Part shown: piece by piece, positions 6,489-15,441 of the stretch
Layout of the letters: each line of letters begins with the position of its first letter
How positions within the stretch are numbered: position 1 is the first letter of the stretch
Virus record (IMG/VR): IMGVR_UViG_3300022074_000310
Span: 1-27,121 of that record
Strand: one strand, 5' to 3'
DNA from: a virus
Lineage: Duplodnaviria > Caudoviricetes
DNA: 27,121 nucleotides
Translations under genes and position numbers: made by a program
The notes under the pieces: model-generated
Told to the model about the DNA's origin: nothing
Databases searched by the model: none
The model's input: only the letters and a program-made list of their open reading frames with translations

Positions 6489-7874
6489 ATGGCTAACTTT
6501 ATGGGGCCAATGGCGCCACCACAGGCTGCTCCTGGGCAACCGCCGCAACTAGACATTCGCACAAATCCGAACCAGCGACAGCGATTTCGCAATTTCATGC
6601 GTCAAAACACACGTCCTGCTGGAATGACTGGTGTGCCACCTATGTACCCTGCGTCACAAACGCCCTTTCCTGCGGCACCTATGCCGCCCATGGCTAGACC
6701 TGCCCCTGCGCCTATTATGCCTATGCAGATGGCACAGCCCATGCGTCCGCCTATGCAACAGCCCATGGGGCCTGCGCGTAATGTAGATATTTTTTCACCA
6801 CAGTACATGCAGGCACAGCCTCCAGTTGGTATGGAAGACGGCGGTGCCGTCCCGCCACGCCGTGTGGATATCCGTGGTCAGGACCACATGCTGGCCTACA
6901 TTACGCCGAAAGAAGCTGGTATTTTGAAAGCTCTTGGCGGTTCAGGCGAAGCTGGTCCTATGGGTATTCCTTCTTATCCTGATGCTGAACATGGTGGTCA
7001 AGACAGTGCGGGACCTGCTGATTCTGGTGGTAGCATGAGCGGCCCCGGCGATATGGGCAGTGATTTTGACAGCGGCTATACATCTGATTACGGCAGTATG
7101 GAAGCGGATGACGCTCGTGCTGCCGCAGAGCAAGCCGCCATTGATGCTGTCAATGACATGATTTCTGACAACGCTAATCGTAGTCCAGCCTCTACACAAC
7201 AAGGTCAATATGATAGTCATGCTGGAGATACCACTACATCAGATGCCGAAACTGACGACCCTGTAACTGCTGGCAAGCAAAGCAGTGAGTATGATTCAGA
7301 AGTATCTGTTTTTGGCATTCCAGAAGATGAGAGAAACTTTGTTGAAAGAAATATAATTTCTAGGATGCAAGATAAAGGACAAAAAGGTTTTAGCATTGAA
7401 ACAGACGATTTAGGTCGTTTCACTGGATACACTGAGGAGACTACTCCACTTGGCACATTAGGTTTCTTGAGTAGTATTTTTGATATGCCTATAAGCACTT
7501 ATACAGGCTTTGGCAAGGGCGCTGGTATTGGCGATGGGTCAGATATGGGGGGCGATGGAGCTTCTGAAATTGTTAACCAGACGATTGCTGCAACCGCTGT
7601 TCCACAGTCTCCTGTTACCAATGTTATGGGCGGCATGGGAAGCTCGTATGTGGCTCCGCCATCTTTGCCTTCCCCACTGGTTCCTAGCGATAGAGCTTAC
7701 ACGCCTACCAATTTACCAATGCCTGTAGGCTACGGGGCAGTTCCTACTGGAGCTATTAACCCATATGCGTATTTAACTTCTGGCTTTCCTGTAGGTACGC
7801 AATTCTTTGCAGATGGCGGTCAGGTATTGGATCAGGCGGCTGGCAGGTTTTTGGAGGCGCTGACAGCGGCGTAG
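6489..7874 (+). CDS. low-complexity (Pro/Met/Gln- and Asp/Ser/Gly-rich) protein, possible internal virion protein
   Basis: 461-aa ORF; motif DHMLAYITPKEAGILKALGGSG...GIPSY; two GG-x-V motifs. Confidence 0.7.
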   Translation: MANFMGPMAPPQAAPGQPPQLDIRTNPNQRQRFRNFMRQNTRPAGMTGVPPMYPASQTPFPAAPMPPMARPAPAPIMPMQMAQPMRPPMQQPMGPARNVDIFSPQYMQAQPPVGMEDGGAVPPRRVDIRGQDHMLAYITPKEAGILKALGGSGEAGPMGIPSYPDAEHGGQDSAGPADSGGSMSGPGDMGSDFDSGYTSDYGSMEADDARAAAEQAAIDAVNDMISDNANRSPASTQQGQYDSHAGDTTTSDAETDDPVTAGKQSSEYDSEVSVFGIPEDERNFVERNIISRMQDKGQKGFSIETDDLGRFTGYTEETTPLGTLGFLSSIFDMPISTYTGFGKGAGIGDGSDMGGDGASEIVNQTIAATAVPQSPVTNVMGGMGSSYVAPPSLPSPLVPSDRAYTPTNLPMPVGYGAVPTGAINPYAYLTSGFPVGTQFFADGGQVLDQAAGRFLEALTAA

Positions 7875-7881
7875 TGTGGGC

Positions 7882-9366
7882 ATGGACACCGCTTTTGACA
7901 TTAACACGGAGTTTCTAACCGATGCTGAGTTAGAGGCTCTGGCGAAACACCTTGATAAATACAAGGAGCTACACGATAGGGAGGAGTATCAAGACAACTT
8001 CCTAAAGTTTGTTAAGCATGTATGGCCTTCTTTTATTGCTGGATCTCATCATAGGATTTTTGCGGAGAAACTGGAAAGAGTTGCCCGAGGTGAGTTAAAG
8101 CGTCTGATCGTTAACATGCCACCTCGACACACCAAGTCCGAGTTTGCATCTTATCTGTTTCCTGCGTGGGTTATGGGGCAGAAGCCCGAGACAAAGATTA
8201 TTCAGGCAACGCACACGGCGGAGCTTGCTGTTGGTTTTGGTCGCAAGGTCAAAAACCTTTTGGACAGTGAGATATACCGAGATGTGTTTCCTGAGATTCA
8301 GTTGGCGCGTGATGCGAAGGCATCTGGTCGTTGGTCAACTGACAAGGGTGGTGAGTATTACGCTGTTGGTGTAGGCGGTGCGCTGGCTGGTCGTGGTGCG
8401 AACCTGTGTATTATTGACGATCCTGTATCTGAACAGGATGCGTTGTCACCAACCGCGCTGGATAACATCTACGAATGGTACACATCAGGTCCAAGACAGC
8501 GTTTGCAGCCGGGAGGCTCAATAATAATTGTGATGACGCGGTGGAGTATCCGCGATCTGACGGCGAAAGTGTTGCAGAAGCAGGCCGAGGGCGGGGCGGA
8601 CAAGTGGGAAGTGGTGGAGTTTCCTGCGATCTTTCCCGATACCGACAACGTGTTGTGGCCAGAGTTTTGGAGCAGGGAAGAGCTAGAAGGCGTTAAGGCG
8701 TCTATTCCGGTAGCAAAATGGAACGCACAGTATTTACAAAATCCGACAGCCGAAGAAGGCGCTATTATCAAGAGGGAGTGGTGGAATGTTTGGGATTCTG
8801 ATGAGCCACCTGCCTGCTCATACATCATCCAGTCCTATGATACGGCCTTCACGAAAAGCGAAAGGGCTGACTTTAGCGCTATTACAACGTGGGGTGTGTT
8901 TCATCCTAACGAAAGTGATGAGGCAGCGATCATATTGTTGGACGCTGAAAAAGGTCGATGGGAGTTTCCAGAGCTTAAAGACGCGGCATTGCGACTGTAC
9001 GAAGAATTTGAGCCTGACCTAGTTCTGATTGAACAGAAGGCGTCTGGGACGCCGCTCACACAAGATTTACGAAAAATGGGAATACCTGTGAGCGGCTTTA
9101 CGCCGGGTCGTGGCGCGGATAAATTTTCCCGCATGAATGCCTGTGCGCCAGTCTTTGAATCTGGTATGGTATATGCTCCTGAATCGCGCTGGGCTGAAGA
9201 GGTCATAGAGGAATGTGCCGCATTTCCGAATGGGGAACATGATGACTTGGCGGATAGCATGACTCAGGCTATACTACGGTTTAGACAAGGTAGCTTTATT
9301 CGCACTCGTTCAGACGAGGAAGATGAGGATTTTTATAACTACAGGCGCAAGAGAGAGTATTACTAA
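7882..9366 (+). CDS. terL: terminase large subunit
   Basis: Walker A-like NMPPRHTKS, Walker B IIDDP, nuclease SYDTAF, IEQKASG, FPNGEHDDLADS. Confidence 0.95.
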   Translation: MDTAFDINTEFLTDAELEALAKHLDKYKELHDREEYQDNFLKFVKHVWPSFIAGSHHRIFAEKLERVARGELKRLIVNMPPRHTKSEFASYLFPAWVMGQKPETKIIQATHTAELAVGFGRKVKNLLDSEIYRDVFPEIQLARDAKASGRWSTDKGGEYYAVGVGGALAGRGANLCIIDDPVSEQDALSPTALDNIYEWYTSGPRQRLQPGGSIIIVMTRWSIRDLTAKVLQKQAEGGADKWEVVEFPAIFPDTDNVLWPEFWSREELEGVKASIPVAKWNAQYLQNPTAEEGAIIKREWWNVWDSDEPPACSYIIQSYDTAFTKSERADFSAITTWGVFHPNESDEAAIILLDAEKGRWEFPELKDAALRLYEEFEPDLVLIEQKASGTPLTQDLRKMGIPVSGFTPGRGADKFSRMNACAPVFESGMVYAPESRWAEEVIEECAAFPNGEHDDLADSMTQAILRFRQGSFIRTRSDEEDEDFYNYRRKREYY

Positions 9367-9602
9367 TGGGTAAAGTTAAAACAATAGCACAAGATGAGCT
9401 TGATGAGTTTCTTGACTCGTTGAGTGATGCTCGTAGAGATGTGTTTGAAAGTAAGATTGACTCACAAAGAGAAAGTGACCCTTTTGGTGTTATGCGTGAC
9501 ATGAAGGCTGGAAAATACAAATATGGCGGCGCTGTTAAAAAGATGAGCGGCGGTGGCTGTGTAATGCCCGGACGTGGCGGATCATTCAAAGGAGTCAGCT
9601 AA
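9366..9602 (+). CDS. small protein with GG-x-V motifs
   Basis: TAATG coupling at both ends; YKYGGAV, MSGGGCV. Confidence 0.75.
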   Translation: MGKVKTIAQDELDEFLDSLSDARRDVFESKIDSQRESDPFGVMRDMKAGKYKYGGAVKKMSGGGCVMPGRGGSFKGVS

Positions 9603-9769
9603 TGGGTAAAACGAAAAAAGCTGACATTCGCACTATGTCTGTTGAAGAATTAGAGCGTTACATCGAACAGTTAAAGCGTCCTATTAAGAAAAACAAAGGC
9701 GGCATTATGGTGTCCCCACGCAAGGCCATGGGCTATATGTGCGGCGGTCATGTGAAAGGAACAAAGTAA
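9602..9769 (+). CDS. small basic protein (55 aa, MGKTKKADIR...YMCGGHVKGTK)
   Basis: Not in the ORF track; GGAG RBS, TAATG coupling at both ends. Confidence 0.75.
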   Translation: MGKTKKADIRTMSVEELERYIEQLKRPIKKNKGGIMVSPRKAMGYMCGGHVKGTK

Positions 9770-10314
9770 TGGCACATTGCGTATCAAAAAAAATGAAATA
9801 CGGCGGTTCTGTTAAAAAGATGGAAAAAGGTGGCTCAGCTACTCCAACGGTTTTGCCAAAACCGAAGCCAAAGACTTCGACAAACAAAAAAACTGGTGCC
9901 ACACGCGGTGCTGGCGATGACAAAGAGTACATGCGTAAAGCAGCCGCCGCGAACATGGAAAGCGGTGGTGAGGCTGTAGGAAGAACAACTACGGAGATCA
10001 CGTCATCCCTTATGGATGCCATGCGTGAGCTTGAAAAGTCAGGCAAAACTTTAAAGCCGTCAAGACCTAAAAACCTTATGCCTACTCCTGAACAAAAGAA
10101 AAAAATGAAAGATAAAAAATTTATTCGTGATGGCATAATAATGATGGAAGAAGGCGGTTCGGTGCCAAAGCAATACAAGGGTTTCTCCAAGTTGCCTGAA
10201 GATGTCCAGATGAAGATGGACCCTGCTGCGGCTCGTAAATACGAGGGCGGTGGCGAGGTTCGCGGCATGGGTCGTGCATATCAAGGAAAACCGAGAGGTT
10301 GCAAGATACGTTAA
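9769..10314 (+). CDS. Lys-rich protein with five GG motifs
   Basis: TAATG-coupled start; MKYGGSV, MEKGGSA, MESGGEA, MEEGGSV, YEGGGEV. Confidence 0.8.
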   Translation: MAHCVSKKMKYGGSVKKMEKGGSATPTVLPKPKPKTSTNKKTGATRGAGDDKEYMRKAAAANMESGGEAVGRTTTEITSSLMDAMRELEKSGKTLKPSRPKNLMPTPEQKKKMKDKKFIRDGIIMMEEGGSVPKQYKGFSKLPEDVQMKMDPAAARKYEGGGEVRGMGRAYQGKPRGCKIR

Positions 10315-10721
10315 TGAAAACAATCAAGATCGAAATCAATGTAGATGATCTGATTCCAGACAACGGCTTTGAGCCTGAGATGGAATTTGCCTGTCCTGTT
10401 GCAACAGAAGATGCGAAGGTGAACGATGCCAATCGTCAATCGGCTATGGAAAACTACGCTTACGGTCCGTCGACAGAGACGTGGGAAAATAAAAATGCCC
10501 GCTGTGGTACTTGTGAGTATTTTGACATTCGATCCAAGATGATTTCTTGCATGGTTGCAGGCATTGGTTACAACGAGGGCATGGGTTACTGCTCTGAGTT
10601 GAATTTTGCCTGTGACAAAGAAAACGTATGTAACTTGTGGGATCTTGGCGTTCCTGTCATTGATGGCATGGATTCAGAGATGAATCCTGATGACGATGGG
10701 AACCAGAGGGACATCCTGTAA
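10314..10721 (+). CDS. acidic Cys-rich protein (HiPIP-like Cys spacing)
   Basis: RCGTCEYF...GYCSELNFAC...VCNLW. Confidence 0.7.
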   Translation: MKTIKIEINVDDLIPDNGFEPEMEFACPVATEDAKVNDANRQSAMENYAYGPSTETWENKNARCGTCEYFDIRSKMISCMVAGIGYNEGMGYCSELNFACDKENVCNLWDLGVPVIDGMDSEMNPDDDGNQRDIL

Positions 10722-10732
10722 TGTTAGAAAGA

Positions 10733-10821
10733 GAAGCTGGGCGCTGGTTACGGTCTGCCCTTCTACCGTATCGCACCGTGCATGCTTCCCACACTGGCAC
10801 TGATGCGCCGCGCCCAGCTTC
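10733..10821. ncRNA. candidate structured RNA (three-way junction)
   Basis: 12-bp perfect closing stem GAAGCTGGGCGC/GCGCCCAGCTTC enclosing two hairpins; intergenic. Confidence 0.5.
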
Positions 10822-10838
10822 ACCCAAGGGGTTATTAG

Positions 10839-11750
10839 ATGGCTGACGATCAAGGGATTATGGGAGCTTTTAAAGCTCCGACCATGAGCAGCCAGATGTT
10901 CAAGGATCTTGCTAACAATACCAGCATGTTTACAGACCCTATGGGTAGTGAAACTCTAGGCGCTGTTAATCGTGCTATTGTAAGCGCTCCTGTTGATGCA
11001 ATTGATCTTATAGGCCGTGTTGGTGATACGGTTTTACGCGGCGTTGCGTCAGGCGCAGGTAAACTGGCGCAGGGTCTTGGCATGGGCGAGGGCATGGCTG
11101 ACAGGCTCAAAAGAGATGTTTACGGCCTTGGAATCGCCGCATCTACGTTAGCGCCAACAATCGCTCCAAGGCCGCGTGGCAAATCAAACAAGGCTCTTGT
11201 TATTGAAGCACAGAAAGATAAGGTCAAGTCTCCAGTCGCTAAGCAGAAGCTTGATGAGGATCTGGAGCTTGAAGCGATTGATGATGCCTTGAAAGACGCA
11301 TATATGGATCTCGACGAAACGCTGTCCATTCAGTCTGTTGATGACATAGCTATTACTGCTGATGAATTTGGTGATGTGTTTAGTAACAACTTTGCATTGG
11401 CAAGAGGTGCTGGCAAAAACCGTGGGGAATCTATAGCTGATGCTGTTAAGATGACTCAGGATGATTTTAATGTTGTTATTGACCGCCCGATACAGGACAA
11501 AATATTTGCTCGCCTTGATGATGACTATGATTTTGGTGTAAAAAGAGAATTAAACCGCCGTGAGAAAGCAGCGGCAAACAAGGCCGCATTAGAAACTGAA
11601 CTGGCTAAAGCCAGAAATGTTAACAATCCAATGCGTACAGTTAACATTGAAGACGCTACGCGGATGCAGAACGAAATTAGTGGCATGGGCATACCGCAAC
11701 CAACGCCGCAGAAGCCAGCGCTTACTGTTATTGAAGGCGGAAAGGATTAA
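10839..11750 (+). CDS. hypothetical protein
   Basis: 303-aa ORF directly upstream of portal. Confidence 0.75.
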   Translation: MADDQGIMGAFKAPTMSSQMFKDLANNTSMFTDPMGSETLGAVNRAIVSAPVDAIDLIGRVGDTVLRGVASGAGKLAQGLGMGEGMADRLKRDVYGLGIAASTLAPTIAPRPRGKSNKALVIEAQKDKVKSPVAKQKLDEDLELEAIDDALKDAYMDLDETLSIQSVDDIAITADEFGDVFSNNFALARGAGKNRGESIADAVKMTQDDFNVVIDRPIQDKIFARLDDDYDFGVKRELNRREKAAANKAALETELAKARNVNNPMRTVNIEDATRMQNEISGMGIPQPTPQKPALTVIEGGKD

Positions 11751-11752
11751 AG

Positions 11753-14191
11753 ATGGCTGTTGAAAAAGGAATAGGTGCAGGCGGAGACGCTATGACACCG
11801 CAGGAACAAGCAGAAATTGATGTAGTTGATTTTCCTGCACAGCCCGGCATTGCTGAGATGGAAGACGGTTCAGCCATCGTTGGTGAGTTGATGGCAGAAG
11901 AGACGATGATGGCACAGGATGTGCCATTTGACGCTAACCTTGCAGAATTTATTGATGACTCTGATCTTTCTGTAATTTCATCTGATCTTGTGGGAGAGAT
12001 TGAAGATGACATGTCGTCACGCCAAGATTGGGAAGACACATACAAGCGCGGCATTGATCTTCTAGGCATGAACTATGAGGAGCGCAGTCAGCCGTTTGAA
12101 GGCGCGTCTGGCGTTGTGCATCCACTGCTTGCTGAGTCTGTTACACAGTTCCAAGCGCAGGCTTATCGTGAAATGCTTCCTGCTGGCGGCCCTGTTCGCA
12201 CACAGGTAGTTGGCGCTGATACGCCTGAAACATCACAGCAGGCACAGCGCGTAAAAGACTACATGAATTACATGATCACCTACGAAATGGAAGAGTATGA
12301 TCCAGAAACGGATCAGATGCTGTTTTATTTACCGATCATTGGTTCAACCTTTAAAAAGATTTACTTTGATCCTTTGTTGCAACGCGCAGTTAGTAAGTTT
12401 GTGCATGCAGAAGACTTAGTTGTGCCGTACAGCGCGACTGATCTTTTAACATCACCGCGTATTACTCATGTAATCCGCATGGACAAAAACGAAGTTTTAA
12501 AGCTTCAGCTTGCTGGCTTTTATAAAAGCACAGATCTTCCTTCTGGTTATGATGCAGAAGACTACAGTGAAGTTCAGGAATCAATTGACAAGGCGCAAGG
12601 CGTACAATTGTCTGGCTCTGGTTCTGAGGAAGTGACTCTGTACGAAGTTCACACTTCTCTGGACATTCCGGGCTTTGAAGATATGGACACCGAGGGTGAG
12701 CCGAGTGGCCTGAAACTACCATATGTTGTGACCATCATGGAGTCCACAGGCGAGATCTTGTCTGTGCGTCGCAACTATGATGAGCAAGACCTTCTGATGC
12801 GCCGCAAAGCATATTTTGTGCATTACAAGTTTTTACCTGGGCTTGGCTTCTACGGCTTTGGTTTGACGCACATGATTGGTGGGTTGTCACAGGCATCTAC
12901 CAGCATTATGCGTCAGTTAATTGATGCTGGTACGCTGTCTAACCTTCCTGCTGGATTTAAGGCGCGTGGCGCTCGTATTCGTGACGAAGATGAGCCACTA
13001 CAGCCCGGTGAGTTCCGCGATATTGATGCAGCTGGCATGGATATTCGTCAGTCAATTATGACACTGCCGTTTAAAGAGCCTTCAGCGACTCTGTATAGCC
13101 TTTTAGGGTCGCTTGTGGACGCGGGACGCCGCTTTGCGTCTATGGCGGACATGAAGGTAGGTGAGATGGGCGGAGAGACGCCTGTAGGCACTACAATGGC
13201 GATTATGGAGCGCGGCACAAAAGTGATGAGCGCTATTCATAAGCGCTTACATTACTCACAAAAGCAGGAATTTAAGCTTCTTGCTAACGTGTTCGCCAGA
13301 TTCATGGCTCCTGCATACCCATATGCTGTACCGGGCGCACCGCCTGAGATAAAGCAGATGGATTTTGACGAAAGAATTGACGTTCTACCTGTATCTGATC
13401 CCAACATCTTTTCTATGTCACAGCGAATTGCTTTGGCACAGACACAGTTGCAGCTTGTTCAGTCCAATCCAGAGATTCATGGCGGCCCGAAAGGTTTGTA
13501 TTCAGCATATCGCAAGATGTATGAGGCGCTTGGCGTTACTAACATTGACACGATCCTGCCTGCTCCGCCAGAGCCACAGCCGATGAACCCTGCGAAGGAA
13601 AATCAAGAGGCTTTGCGTAACCAAAGACTGCAAGCGTTTCCGCAACAGAACCATCAGGCGCATATTGAGGCTCATTTGGCGATGCTTTCTACGCCAGTCG
13701 CACAGGCAAACGCTAATATTGTTATGACACTGCAAGGTCATATTTCAGAACATATTGGAATGATGGCTGAAATGCAGGCACAGCAAGAGGTTATGGAGCA
13801 AATGGCTCCAGAGGCGCAGATGATGGCGCAACAAAATCCACAGATGATGCAACAAGTTCAGATGGAGATTGAAAACCGAGCCGCAGAGCTGGCTGGTGAG
13901 CTTACTGAACAATATGCACAAGCAGTTGCTCCTGCTGATACAACTGATCCGTTGGTAGCAATCAGGCAGCAGGAGCTTTCCTTACGCGGCGCAGAAATAC
14001 AGGAACGTGCGCGGCAGTTTGAAGAAAAGCAACAATTGGAGCGCGAAAAAGAGCGCAACGATGTTCTTGTCAATCAACAGCGCATTGATCTCAGCGAGGA
14101 AGCAAACCAAGAGAAGGTTCGTGTAGCTGAAGAGCGCATTCAGACCCAGCGTGATATCGCTGCGGCAAACTTACGGAGTAAAATGCAATGA
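11753..14191 (+). CDS. portal protein
   Basis: 812 aa; PFEGASGVVHPLLAES, YFVHYKFLPGLGFYG, QLIDAGTLSNLP, Gln-rich coiled C-terminus (P22-like barrel); position after terL. Confidence 0.9.
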   Translation: MAVEKGIGAGGDAMTPQEQAEIDVVDFPAQPGIAEMEDGSAIVGELMAEETMMAQDVPFDANLAEFIDDSDLSVISSDLVGEIEDDMSSRQDWEDTYKRGIDLLGMNYEERSQPFEGASGVVHPLLAESVTQFQAQAYREMLPAGGPVRTQVVGADTPETSQQAQRVKDYMNYMITYEMEEYDPETDQMLFYLPIIGSTFKKIYFDPLLQRAVSKFVHAEDLVVPYSATDLLTSPRITHVIRMDKNEVLKLQLAGFYKSTDLPSGYDAEDYSEVQESIDKAQGVQLSGSGSEEVTLYEVHTSLDIPGFEDMDTEGEPSGLKLPYVVTIMESTGEILSVRRNYDEQDLLMRRKAYFVHYKFLPGLGFYGFGLTHMIGGLSQASTSIMRQLIDAGTLSNLPAGFKARGARIRDEDEPLQPGEFRDIDAAGMDIRQSIMTLPFKEPSATLYSLLGSLVDAGRRFASMADMKVGEMGGETPVGTTMAIMERGTKVMSAIHKRLHYSQKQEFKLLANVFARFMAPAYPYAVPGAPPEIKQMDFDERIDVLPVSDPNIFSMSQRIALAQTQLQLVQSNPEIHGGPKGLYSAYRKMYEALGVTNIDTILPAPPEPQPMNPAKENQEALRNQRLQAFPQQNHQAHIEAHLAMLSTPVAQANANIVMTLQGHISEHIGMMAEMQAQQEVMEQMAPEAQMMAQQNPQMMQQVQMEIENRAAELAGELTEQYAQAVAPADTTDPLVAIRQQELSLRGAEIQERARQFEEKQQLEREKERNDVLVNQQRIDLSEEANQEKVRVAEERIQTQRDIAAANLRSKMQ

Positions 14192-14439
14192 GCGCCAGTT
14201 CAATAAACAGAAAAGTGGCTGAAGTCGAAAAGGCCAAAAAGGTGGAGCGTAGAAATGCCATTGAAAAAAGGAACCAGCCAGTCAACGATAAGCCAAAACA
14301 TATCGAAGCTGAGATCAGAAGGGTACCCGCAGAGACAAGCTTTAGCGATAGCCCTGTCGTCAGCCAAGAAGTCCAAGAAAAAAAGCCCGTTGAAAAAAAA
14401 AGCGTCTTCAAAAAAAAGAAAGCCGCGAAAAAAGGCTGA
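14188..14439 (+). CDS. basic hypothetical protein (overlaps next gene)
   Basis: ATGA coupling to the portal stop, GGAG RBS. Confidence 0.5.
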   Translation: MSASSINRKVAEVEKAKKVERRNAIEKRNQPVNDKPKHIEAEIRRVPAETSFSDSPVVSQEVQEKKPVEKKSVFKKKKAAKKG

Positions 14440-14503
14440 AGGCGGCGTAATTAAGTCGTTTTCGCCTATTGCTAGGCCGCAAAGGTTCCAAGGAGTGTTT
14501 TGA
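14255..14503 (+). CDS. small basic protein of MPLKKG...ISxNI...QAxAIALS type
   Basis: Recognisable phage small-protein motif; GGAG RBS; AEGGVI motif. Confidence 0.75.
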   Translation: MPLKKGTSQSTISQNISKLRSEGYPQRQALAIALSSAKKSKKKSPLKKKASSKKRKPRKKAEGGVIKSFSPIARPQRFQGVF

Positions 14504-14718
14504 TGAGTGGGAAAAAAGATACACCGCCTCTAAAAGACGTTCTTGCTGGCCTTGAAGATGAGCAGCTAGAGGCTTTGAAAGAAGCTATTAAAGCAGGAAA
14601 GAAAGGATACACTTATGATCACAAAACTGGTCAATATGGGTTCAAAATGTCTAAGGGTGGCCTTGTTGCCCGTGGCATGGGCGCTGTCATGCGTAACAAG
14701 CCTTTTAAAATACGTTGA
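14503..14718 (+). CDS. small protein with GG-x-V motif
   Basis: AGGAG RBS, TGATG coupling; MSKGGLVARGMG. Confidence 0.75.
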   Translation: MSGKKDTPPLKDVLAGLEDEQLEALKEAIKAGKKGYTYDHKTGQYGFKMSKGGLVARGMGAVMRNKPFKIR

Positions 14719-14757
14719 GGATTGGTTGGACAAAATCATTGAAAGGGATCTTGGTAA

Positions 14758-14976
14758 GTGACGGTTGATAAGTTCCTTGAGTGGAAAATATTACCAAGAT
14801 TTATGATGCTGATGAGTACAGCCATGTCGTGGCGGTGCGCTGAGTGGTTTATGGAATTGCCAGATCCTACAGCGAGTCAGAGTGCTTTCGTTTCTGTCGT
14901 GATGGGCGTTATGACAGGTGTTTTTGGTATATGGATGGGGCATGAGCATAAGCCAGCCCTTGCGAAGGAAAAATGA
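14758..14976 (+). CDS. small two-TM membrane protein
   Basis: WKILPRFMM...WFMELPDPT..QSAFVSVVMG; GTG start uncertain. Confidence 0.7.
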   Translation: MTVDKFLEWKILPRFMMLMSTAMSWRCAEWFMELPDPTASQSAFVSVVMGVMTGVFGIWMGHEHKPALAKEK

Positions 14977-15146
14977 AAACAGTGTGGGTAATGGTGTGTT
15001 TCTTTGTAAATTCACCAACTGATATTTTGATTGAAACAAGGTCGCAACATGAAACTATTTCTAAGTGTCATGTTGCCAGTACGTTGCATGGATTTGACAA
15101 TGATGACCCTAATGAGTGTGTTTGTGTACAAGCACGACAAAAATAA
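14973..15146 (+). CDS. small Cys-containing protein (57 aa)
   Basis: Not in the ORF track; ATGA/TAATG coupling; MKTVWVMVCFFV...KC...ECVC. Confidence 0.6.
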   Translation: MKTVWVMVCFFVNSPTDILIETRSQHETISKCHVASTLHGFDNDDPNECVCVQARQK

Positions 15147-15349
15147 TGTTTAAGGTTATTGTTTTAGCTTGTAGTGTTGCTTTTCCAACAGATTGTTGGG
15201 AGTATCACGACACAAGAGGCCCATATGAAAGTATGGAAAGATGTACGAAACGGGCTTATAAGATGGGCAATGACATAGCAACAATACATGAGGGCCGCAT
15301 TATGCCCCGAAAATTTCGTTGCGTACCGTTAAAAGGGACACAGTTATGA
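15146..15349 (+). CDS. small Cys-containing protein (67 aa)
   Basis: MFKVIVLAC...DC...GPYESMERC...FRC; coupled start. Confidence 0.7.
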   Translation: MFKVIVLACSVAFPTDCWEYHDTRGPYESMERCTKRAYKMGNDIATIHEGRIMPRKFRCVPLKGTQL

Positions 15350-15441
15350 TAAAATGGCTAAAAAGTTTGTGGGTGAATTGTTCTGTTGATGTGTCACAGC
15401 ATCGTCAGCATACAACCAAGTACGAAGATTTGTGTATGTGA
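15346..15441 (+). CDS. 31-aa peptide MIKWLKSLW...TTKYEDLCM
   Basis: Exactly fills the gap with ATGA and TGATG couplings. Confidence 0.5.
   Translation: MIKWLKSLWVNCSVDVSQHRQHTTKYEDLCM

Noticed and set aside
10733-10821. tRNA
   Set aside because: Only three helices, with no TTC T-loop or anticodon arm
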